From: Raillietiella orientalis
Lineage: Eukaryota
DNA length: 64,000 bases
Direction: 5' to 3'
Assembly: GCA_036172245.1 (NCBI GenBank)
Contig: JAYWIR010000080.1
Location: 186,001-250,000 of the forward strand
Position numbers and translations under genes: made by a program. A model generated the notes under the pieces. The model saw nothing but the letters and a program-made list of their open reading frames with translations, searched no databases and was not told where the DNA came from. Position 1 is the first letter of the stretch. Each line of letters opens with the position of its first letter. Of the stretch, positions 54,193 through 64,000 are shown in pieces.

Positions 54193-57100
54193 AAAACCCA
54201 CGGCTATTAAAGTGCATTTTTTATTCTTGACGATGGAGTGCTTGTCCCACATCTTAGTTGTAGGCGGCCATTAGAGCCTTGGGAATAGTAGGGAGTCTTG
54301 AATTTAGGAGTCCCTGTCACATCATACTGTTTCGAAGACAAATTCCTAATTTCATCCGCAAAATTGAGCGGCTACGGCGACATTAACGAAGTGATCTCTC
54401 GAAACACAAAATGTCTTCCTACGCCGGAACGCTGGATGAGTCTCATTAATGGTGATGAATTCGTCGAGGCACTGAGAAAATGCAGCTCGGGATGCCGTCT
54501 GAAGACTACGCTTGTGCATCAGGATGGTAAATTTCAGGTCACAAACAAATCGGTAGAATGGAGCACCAGTTTCAAGTTGCGTCTAAAAATACCACAATTC
54601 CCATATATAGTAAAGCACCGAAGAAAGTATTCAAGTAATCACAGAAAGTGGATCGTGTTTTCTTTAGAATAATAATTCAGTGCTCTCCTCACTCACAATG
54701 CGTCAGTCAGGTTTCTGAAGGGTCGGAAAGACGGTAAAAGTGCAGCCGTGACAGTTTATTCACGTAGTAATTCGCGATTTCGGGAACCCATTCCAGGAAC
54801 TGCTGATTCGTCCTGGAAAATGCCGTCGGTAGCTTGGAATGCTTGATTTCTGGCTGCTACCTGCATTTGCTTCTTCGGTTCATTCAATGACGAATTCATT
54901 TCATCCAAGGCAGTTTGTTCTGGTCAAGTCATCGATTGCTTGCCTTCGGGCACTTCGCTCGCACCCTGGGGTTATTTACGATTGTGGAATACGTGCACGA
55001 TTTTTAAACAGTAAATCCCCAAACCAATATTAAAGCTTCAAATTTTGAAGTTCTTCAATCGCTTTGGCATTCAACTTCACATCGCCGAAGACCCCAGGCC
55101 TGTATTCGGAGTAAGAATAGAATCTGCACCACGAAAGTCCCGAAAATGACTGCGAGTCCTTCGATCAATCCGCGTTTTCTAGGGCACGGAGGTTCCATTT
55201 TTTCTCGTGTGTGTTCGCTCGCTTGATGATTCAACTGATCCGTTTTCTGATCATCAAGATGCAGAAAATTCCCAATTCACTGATTTTCATGAAACAAACC
55301 ACAAGCGCGACTCTCTGTGTATATCCGGCATGTTCTGTCAATTCTGCTCCTGCAGATTTTCTTTCAAACGAATAGGGTTAATAATCTTCTTTCCTGAAGA
55401 TTAAATAGATGATTCATAATAAGTCAAATAGGTTATACATGAGTGAACAACTCGGAAAAAAAAGAAAGGAAAAAACTGCTATTATCGTTTTATTTTTATG
55501 AAGACAAGTCCCTCTTAGATACTCAGTCCGAAAGCTACCCGCCCAATCAAACACTTCCTCAAATCCAAGCAGGTATCTAATGCTGAGTTTGAGATCTGAA
55601 ATAATTAACGCGATTAAGATACCCGGAAACGCAATTAGCTCATCAGGCTGACCCGATTATTTTACAAACAAGCGGAACCTTCTTGCAAGGTCTCACCACA
55701 CCACAAAAGTTATGGATAATCATCAATTTTCTTATCATGGGTGCATCGCCTACAGCTAAAGGCAGTATCAGCTATCTAAAACAAGAACAAGCAGGAGCCA
55801 GTGTGTCGAAATTACACTTAAGGCTGGGAAAGCGTCCATGTCACGACCATAAGGGTATGACAGTGACCATAGTTGCTGGGAGACGTGAGCCTGTAGAGAG
55901 AGCTCGGTACACAAGGATCGGATCGTAACTAAAGGGAAATATCTGATGCAAGAGACAAACGAGCTTTAGGGCACGCGCAAAAGGTAACTATCCCTCCCCA
56001 GTTTAAGGGGGAAGTAGCAGATGGAACAGAGCAACTAAAAGTACCGCTCGCTCTGCCTTTACGTTTAAACCCTTTACGATGGCTTCGACGCCCACAACCA
56101 GAGGAAGTTCCACTGTCTCCTATGGTGCAGTAGAGATCTGAAACGGTTTTCAAAAATATACGCTTGCAAGTCAAATTTCCGAAAAGCCCTCGGTCGGTCG
56201 CCCGTCTATGCCCATCCGATCACTTCTGCTGAAACCAGCAGCTCTAAATAGAAAGTTTAGCGATGGAAGCTGCTCGCCTTTCTATTTAGGCAAGCAGTGG
56301 AAGTTAGCCATCTACTGTCTAGAGAATACAAGCTCAAGTCTTTGAGAGAAGGAAAGAAATTCTCCGCCTCCTTAGTCGGTAGAAGGAAAAAAAGAGACAG
56401 CAAAAACGAAAAAACATCATGTTTTCACCAACTGTTTTTTTTTTTTTTTTCCCCGCCTAGACAGCATAGTGACGAGGAAATCCCCATTTCCATGCCAACA
56501 GTCACTTTCCGTTACCGGGTGAACGAATTCTGGTCTTCACATTGCATGGATTTCTGGAGAACGGGAGCTGTTGCGATTTGCCATGTTATTGGTACAGTAA
56601 TTCGTTTTTCAACCGTTTCAGGAAACCGTTATTTTCACAGTCCACTTCCAAAACCTGAAAAAAGAAGAAGACGAAGGACGAATGGTCAGGACCGTGTTTT
56701 CCAGAATCACTTCAAATGAAGCCAAGTGCATGCTCAGGAGGTGCATTAAGTGCCATTGGGAATCGTACTCTTTCCTGAACGGAGCTGATGAAAACGGATT
56801 CACACTGACTTTTGCTTTGCGGCTCGTTAATTCCCCGTTCTTGCCTTATTATCGTGTGTTTATTTTTTCATAAATGGTCTGCTCAAAACAACCCATCATT
56901 CATTAAATACGCGCTTCGCCGTGAGAGCGATTTACGCACCTCCAGATGAAAAGCTGCGTAATTAATTTTTTTTTTTTTTTTTCCGCTGTGAAATTTTTCC
57001 AAAAGCGAAGATTTTTCACAGTGGTGCACGTGGGTGCGCTGTTGACACCGGGGAGGAGGGGGGGGGTTGCCACCCGGGTACGCCCGGGGCAAGGAGGGGG

Positions 57101-57689
57101 GGAGGGCGTAGCGATTCGCACTGTCCCCTGCCATATTAGGGCAAGTCTCTCACCGCTGACCCTGCGGATTTGCTCAAGCGTTTCTTGTGTTGTGTGAGGC
57201 CCTGCGTCTCGAAGTCCATCCCGAAGGGCACCAAGTCAGGAAGCCCGTACTGCTTCAAGCAAATGTTTCGTGATGATCGGGACGCCGCAGTGACTAAGCA
57301 GCAACCCCACCACGCTCCCTTCCTTCTCCTCACGGACTGCCCACTGTAGTTTCTTCCCAGAGTAGTTTGCCAGCAGCATGCAAAGTCCTCATTGAGGTGC
57401 AGAATTCTCTCTCCTCTTGAGGATTCATTTGTCATGGTTTTTCTCGGTTTTACTCGCATGAGACGTCCTGAACGTTTCTTTTGGTGAGCTTGGATGGCAC
57501 GGTCTTTTCCAGTTCTGCGTCGGATGACGATTTTTCACGCTTTTCCGCGTGGAGTCTCTCCCTGATGCAAGACTAAAGTCCACAGAACCTGCCACAGCAT
57601 CCCTTCGAATTCGACTACTCTACGCAGTAACAGAAAACGCAAGGGGTAACGAGTTGCTATTTCTGCTGCAGCCGCAGCCTACTGTGGGA

Positions 57690-59657
57690 CGGAGGGCGCG
57701 GTCACGAGACGGCTGCGCGGACTGACGCCCGGACTGAGGCAGATGGTCGACCCTCCTCAGCTCGGCTTCGGATTTGTCGGGAACACGAATTCGACGGCGG
57801 CTGCCGCTGCTGCGTCGTCCTGACATCGCCTTCCGCATTGGCATCGTGTCGGACTCGGCAGTGATGCTCTGTCTGGCTGGATCGCGAAGGAGGGAGGGCG
57901 AAGGGGGAAAGCTGGGCTCCCCTCTTCCCGATGTTTCCGACCAGGGCCTTCCTTCTTAGAGGGTTTCCTGGGCTGGCTTCCCGGGTCCATTCCGCGGACG
58001 GGTGAGCTCTTCGCCCGCTCGGGAGAAGAAGCGTGGGTCTTTAGCGTCGAAGATTTTGACGGCTCCCCACTCTTCCAAGGCGGGGCAGGAGCGAAAAGGA
58101 GAGAAGACCGCAGTGGAGGAAGGACAAGGGGGGAGGGGAAAAGGGTTCGCCTTCGACTCTCCCTCGCGCTCGCGGGAGCAGGCATCGGCGTTCAGTTTCT
58201 GGTTGCGCAGGAGTTACCGACTGCTGCGTCCCTGCGCTGTTCCAGGAAGCGGTCGATCCGCTGATTGTTGTTGGCTGATCCAGAGTCCGTTTAAAAGACC
58301 TCTGTGCTCCGCGTAGGGATGGTGGACCTTTTTACTCCGGAGCGAATGGAACGACAGCTCCGATTCTGCAGACTCTCCCCCGAGTCCAAGCTCTGGACTA
58401 CACCTTGGTGCTCTCTGGCTAGAATCCTCTCCAAACAGGCAACCGGCTGGAAAGGACTGACCTCGGTCGTCGTGGCCACCGAGCGGAGTCCGGGCCATCT
58501 CGGCTTCCAGCTCCGACACATGGTTGCCTATGTGCAGAAGAACCCCTAGATCTCCGTCCTCCCCGCGAACCGGAAGGTCTGGCTGCAGGAGTCCCCGTTT
58601 TCTCATGGGGAAAAATCAACGGCACGGGCGAGGCAGAGTTCATCTGCTTTCGGAACAGCAGACACGCTCGCCAGCCTCTGAAGGAGATCCTAGGGAACAC
58701 CAGGAATCTGCTGTGATCCCGTTCACCCTCCTCGTCCCAGTGTTGCCCTTTCTAAGGGGTGCAATGGAAGGTGGGAAGGGCAGCAAGGTGGGAAGTGACT
58801 TGCGTGATAGGGAGCAGGAAAAAACATCTGGGTGCATGGGCAACTTGGAAGCTGGCGGACGCTGCGACTCCGAGTGGAGCTCACTCCTAAAGGACCGCTA
58901 CGCTGGGGAGAGCCGCTACAAATTCCTCCGGAGGAGGTACAGTGGTCCCCAGCGTGCTGGTACTGTGCTACCCTCCCCTTAAAGTGGCAGGAGTAGGCGA
59001 CGCTGCTGTTGGACTGGGGTCTCCCGTGCAACACCTGCAGACACCATTGGACCCGAGGGAGTGAGAGCTCCAACTGCAGCAGGTACGAAGGGAGAGAGTC
59101 TTTCCCGCACCTGCTCATGGATTGTGTTGTCCTCCGCCCTTTGCGGGAACGCTTTGCCGCGTCCCTGCGGATCCTCGAGGGTAACCCCAGAGATGTTTTG
59201 AATAGCCTCTTCCAGCGCGACGCCCTCACGCCAGCTGCATCCCTAGCAGCACTTTGCTGCCCATGCGGCGGGATCGTGGCTCTATGGAGCAATGTCAGAG
59301 GCAGGGACGGCAAGGAAGCTATTTATTTTGCTGTCCTTTTCACGAGGATAGCGTCGAGATGGCCCCATTTGGGAGTCTTGAAACAGGAACTTGCCGGCAT
59401 CCTTACAGGGATGTAGAGGACACCATCAAGCATATAATGATCCCTTCCCGAACCCCCCTTCTATTTTTTGACTGTATGTTTTTTGTTTTATTCATTAATT
59501 TTTTGTTTGTCTCCCTTTCCCCTGTGCTGCCGAGGCGAACCTCGCTGGCCTCTCTGCCAGTTGCCGGCAGGTTCTTTCTGTACATTTTGTAATGTGGCAG
59601 GATCTTTCGATATCGCATCTTTGCACTGACTTCTATGTTTATTTTCAATAAATAAAC
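57690..59657 (+). mobile_element. Degenerate 5'-truncated L1/Tx1-like LINE (RT remnant, zf-RVT region, 3' UTR)
   Basis: GLRQ-(G)DP-S remnant near 57730, 'VGMVDL' (cf. GGLGxxDL) at ~58310, and LPCNTCRHHW...C....RESFPHLLMDC zinc-finger region at 59020-59130. A pyrimidine-rich 3' UTR ends in aataaataaa at ~59647-59656. Confidence 0.65.
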
Positions 59658-59879
59658 GCCCCATCGAGACCGGGTGTCAAACCATCGTTGATTCCTGTCC
59701 ACGTGGCGAAGGAGGGGATCATTCCGATTTTTCGCTACTCGAATTTCCCCGCAGTTTGGAGGTGACTGGCAGGGAGGAAGGGGAGGGGGGGAAGAGAAGA
59801 GAGGAAAGAGGTTTGCCCTCTTCAGGCGATCTGTCCCATCGGCTCTGCTGAAGGTCACGCTGGCCAGTCCGCAGAGGTG

Positions 59880-62352
59880 GTGCGTACTCGCCGCTTCCCT
59901 TGCGGAAGGGCAAAACCCCGCTGCCTCGGGTTGAGGTCCGGAATCGGAAAGTCCCGCCCGCCCTGCGACCCAGAATCTGGGCTGAGGCGAGATGCCCTGA
60001 CGCAGCAGCGCGAAGCTGGCAACCTGCGCTGCTCTGCACTGGTCACTGACATCATCGGAAGACCTTCGCTTCCGGACGCAACCCCGGCTCCTCCCCTGGC
60101 CGCCGTGCCTTTCTGACCCCCTTCCCGTGTAGAGCGCTTCTCACAATTCTGTAGAGGTCAACTCCCGAGGGGGGGTACCAACCAGATCAGTGGAATGCGA
60201 TGGGAGGTTCTTCCCCAAGAAGGGGAGGGAGAAAGGCTCCCTTTTCCCCGAAGGGAACCTGGCTCCAGAAGGACCACGGAGGGGTTAACTTTCGACCCCG
60301 GAGGCCAATCAGCGTGGGCATCCGCAGTGTGGCTGCACCCGTAGTCGGAAACAGAGGTCTCCCAGAGCCATCCTGCGGGGGGGAACTCGAAACCCACGAC
60401 GCACCCTTCGCTGCCTCCCCCTCCAGCGGCATTTGAACCGGCAACGCGCAATGCCGGCTCGTCCCGCGTCGTTGAGAAGCAACACGAAGCGGATCGGGAC
60501 GCCGAGGACGCGGGAGAGAGAGAGAGAGAGAGAAGAGGGGGGGGGAACTGTCCCGTTCCTTCCAGCCCCTAATTTTTTCCTCGCTATGCTCCTACGGCCA
60601 GGTGTGCGCCAGATTGCCATTTGGGATCATCGGGATCCGCGGCAGACACCTTAGTCTTCCTGGGATACCGAGGTGCGAATACACCTGAGATACACCGTCC
60701 GTCTCCGGGAAGCGGCGGGATGGAGGGGGGGAGAGGGTTCTTTTCGCCGCTGTTCCTGGATGTCCCATCGCGGCTGAGGTTCCATGATCCCGGCGCTCGC
60801 AGCTCGGGATCGCAGGTCTCTTGCGAGCTTCGGCGCCGTCGCTGCCATTGCCGTCCAGGCGCTCCAGCTGGAGGCCCCCGGGAGGTCCACTGGGGGACCC
60901 TCCAGTTCTCCTTGGGAGATTCATGTGGGAACGAATGGAGTGAGGGTCCAGAGTGCGGCAGCTGATGGGGGTCAAGAGCACTGGACCGGGAGCGAGATGG
61001 AGCGCATCCCACTTGACTTCTTGGGGAAGACGAGGTGACCCACCTTGTTCCCATGGTGACAGCCTCCTCCTTCTCCCCTTGCGAGTTCACAAAAATGCGG
61101 AAGCGCCGACGCCCCTTTCGCCCCGATGCTGGCCTCTCGGGGCAGCGGCTCCTCGCGAGGGACGACTCCGCCGTCGGCTTCCCTACTCCCCACCGAGAGC
61201 GAGACCTGAACCGCTCTCCTTTCTTCCGAGGCGAGGGAAGCATGTGCACTCCATTTTCCTACCCCAAACCCTCCAAGCGCTGGCCTCTAGGCTCGCCCAC
61301 GACCCACCGCTCCATCGCCTGGGTAAGGCGAGGACTCCTCCGTCGCCTTCCTCCCTTCTGCGTTTTCTGGAGCTGGCTGCTCCCTGGGAGAGACGCCTCC
61401 CGCAGGCGCACGCTCGAAATACCACAACGCAAGAGGTGCATCCCGATGGACTAGATCTCCCCCATTTCCAGAGAAACCTGAGGGAAGAGCGCCTCCATCC
61501 AGAGAGGAGCCTCGGTCAGCGCCGCAGGGCAGGGGTGGATGGAAATCCCCGCGTCCTCGGAGTTCCGCCTGGCGAACTTTCGTAGGAGCTCTAATGGATC
61601 CCAGGGAGAGGCTCAGAAAGCCCTCCAAGGAGATCCGGCTCTGAGAGGAGGGAGTATTGCGCCCGGTAAGGGTGGAGGGAATGGGCAGATCGAGGAAGGG
61701 TGGACGCCGCCTCTACTTCTCCCGGACTCTCCTCGGCGACTCGGAGGTCCCTGACAACGCGAGGGGAAGAGTTGAAAAGTGGAGTGGGGAGGAGTGGTCA
61801 CTCGTGACCTGTCCTCGTGGTGCTGCCTCCGTCGGGAGGCCTTCCTTTTCCTCTCCTGCCGAGGGAGCGACGCGTCCGGAAGCGAGTTGGCCGTTGGGAT
61901 GGGTTCATCCCTCTCCCGCCTCAAGTTCTCCCTCCGTCGCTGACCGGGGAAGGGGGGCCTTAACCCGAGTAGAATCAGCTGGTCCGTTCGTTCGGGATCG
62001 AAGAGGAGAGGGCAGGAGAGGAGGCCGACCTGGAATAGAAGGAAGGACAGAAGGGAAACACGCGAAAGAAGAGGATAGAGAACGTAGCCCTGCAGGTTTT
62101 TTCTACTGCTCCTGATTACTCCCCTGAGGCCGTCCGGGAAAGTGGACATTCGAGTCTGGACGAATGGATAACGGTGTTTATTAACCCTTTGGATGCGAAG
62201 CTCATCGGATTGGAGACGTTGCGTGTCGGTGGCACGCGAGTCGCCGACACGGAACGCTTTTTCGCGTGCCGCGTGCTCCATCGAGGTACCCATTGACTAC
62301 TTAAAGTTTAAGGTCACTGTTGTAATTGTTTATTTACACCACACTAAATAAA
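59880..62352 (+). mobile_element. Second, more decayed L1/Tx1-like LINE
   Basis: Ordered remnants LRKGKTP (cf. KGKSPG), ADTLVFL (cf. YADDTLVF), IPLDFLGK (cf. FxWxGK) and CPR. The GC-rich body ends at aaataaaa (~62346) before AT-rich DNA. Confidence 0.4.
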
Positions 62353-64000
62353 ATAGTTCCGTTTTTCCCAAGCATGATTTTTTTTTACTTTTGTATGTAT
62401 ATTTGGCTATTTTATTACGTATAACGCTTTTCACATCTTCGGAATCAGATGACGATTATTCTCTCACTTTCATCGTCGTATTCTCCATTCGGATACGACG
62501 CTTCCCCTTCTCCATCCACTGTCGTCTCTTGTAATAATCTCTTCAAAATTATCCGGCATTTTTAAGATATCACAAAGATAAAGTATAATAAATTATATAC
62601 GAAGAAAAACCGAGAATACTTAGCCGATATAAATGAGATTTTGTTTTCTTTCGTTGTTAAGGAAACTGTGAGAACGTGAGTGCATGCGTCCATCTCAAAC
62701 GTGGATCGTGTTGACGTATGTCGCGTGTACAAGGTACAAAAAACATTTGCCAAACGCATATGTGGGTCCACAGTCCACACAGATAATTTTCGTCGGACGC
62801 ATCTACGCGCGTCCACAGCACCCAAAGGGTTAAGGATGGGAATCGCCCATGCTTGTTGGATATGGGGTGAGTTGGGATGGTCCAGAAAAAAAAAAAACAG
62901 GAGAAGGTGAAGGCAACAATCTTCCTCTTTCCCCGTTCGTGGACCTGAATCAGCTTGTGGAGCTCCTTCCTCAAGATGGGAGTCATCTACCGAGAGCGGG
63001 GTAGGTTCCTCTTCCTTCCAACCCTCCTTGCTCTCCCTTCGCTACCTGGACGTGCCTTCCCACAAGGCTCGTTCGTGAGGACCTTGAAATGCTCAGGGGA
63101 CAAGTTCTGGCATCTCCCGCCAAAGATCTGCCGAGCATCCAACGAGGTCGGGTCCTCCTGCGAGGATGCTGCTTCTGGGTTCCCGAGGCATCTTGCTGCT
63201 GCGATCTGCCCGCGTTCTGCATTCTTCGGAGCAGCGGTCTCTGGGACCTGAATTCCTCCTCCTCCTCCTCCCCCATGTTTTGCTTCATTCAGCAAAGCTT
63301 CACTGTGGATGCTGACTCTCCGAAGAAACCTGCCAGTCTTCGGCTTTCCAGAATCTTCTTCCTCCTGTCAATCTTATTATCTCGCTCAGAACGCCTGGTT
63401 CCCTTGGTGACTGCAGCACAACATACCATTGCTTGTAGTCAAGGACGCGAACGGAAAACCCTGTTTTTAAATCAGTTGTTTTCTTCTTCACTCTTTCCAA
63501 GGTTTGTGAAGTCCCAGCTGTGTTACAGGTGGTGGACCTCGGCTTCTTCAGTAGCTCGATAAGGCCAGTCTCAGGCCTCATCATTCGACCGGCCTGTTGA
63601 ACGGTGAGGTCATCCCAATCGTCTGCTCGCTCATGAAGAAGGCGACAAGATGGTCACCTATCTTCCAAAAAAGGGGGAAAGTTGCCAGCATCCTCCAGAG
63701 GATGTTGAGGATGCCAGAAAGAAGTCTATGATACCTTTCTTCCCTTCTCCCTTACCCTCAATATATTTTTTAACTGAACTTTTGTGTTTTTCTTCTCGAG
63801 TTTCTCTCTCATCCTCCTGTGAGAACCTCATCGGTGGAGCTGCTCACGAGAAGCAGCGCCTCCGAGGCATTTCCCTTTGTAGTGGTGGTGTGAAACCACT
63901 ACGAAGAAGGACATTTTTTAACTTGTTCCTGACTGTCGTTTTTTTTTTTTTTTTTTTTCCACGATAAACTCCCCAGCATGACCGGGTGAAAATAATGACA

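Noticed and set aside
54298..54672. 124-aa ORF with weak likeness to LINE ORF1 (LSGYGDI...LKIPQF)
   Set aside because: Similarity is too weak without a profile search, and no adjacent ORF2 was seen.
55683..56174. Sequence of distinct texture, considered as a second foreign insert
   Set aside because: No frame gave a recognisable protein or RNA motif.

Overview
Eukaryotic (invertebrate animal, probably ecdysozoan) genomic DNA, not prokaryotic. By eye it has three compositional domains: GC-rich ~1-25.3 kb, AT-rich ~25.3-56.9 kb and GC-rich ~56.9-62.3 kb. I reconstructed three compact spliced genes by hand. They are a BMP-type R-Smad (Mad/SMAD1-like, minus strand, 4 coding exons, 457 aa), the complex I subunit NDUFA9 (plus strand, 7 exons, start uncertain) and the G-alpha GEF/chaperone Ric-8 (minus strand, 9 exons, 511 aa). 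NDUFA9 and Ric-8 converge with only 49 bp between their stop codons. The left 25 kb holds a large minus-strand gene: a ~1.9-kb exon with an N-terminal CAP-Gly domain and, 18 kb downstream, an exon with a Toucan/MTUS-like coiled-coil motif. Its introns are filled with decayed L1/Tx1-like LINE fragments. The right half contains decayed mobile elements (an R2-group RLE retrotransposon, a piggyBac-like transposase, an I-like LINE and two L1/Tx1-like LINEs) and a 276-bp intronless ABC-exporter fragment that looks alphaproteobacterial (candidate endosymbiont-to-nucleus transfer). I found no rRNA, tRNA or CRISPR array. All family assignments come from motif recognition, not database searches, and mobile-element boundaries are approximate.
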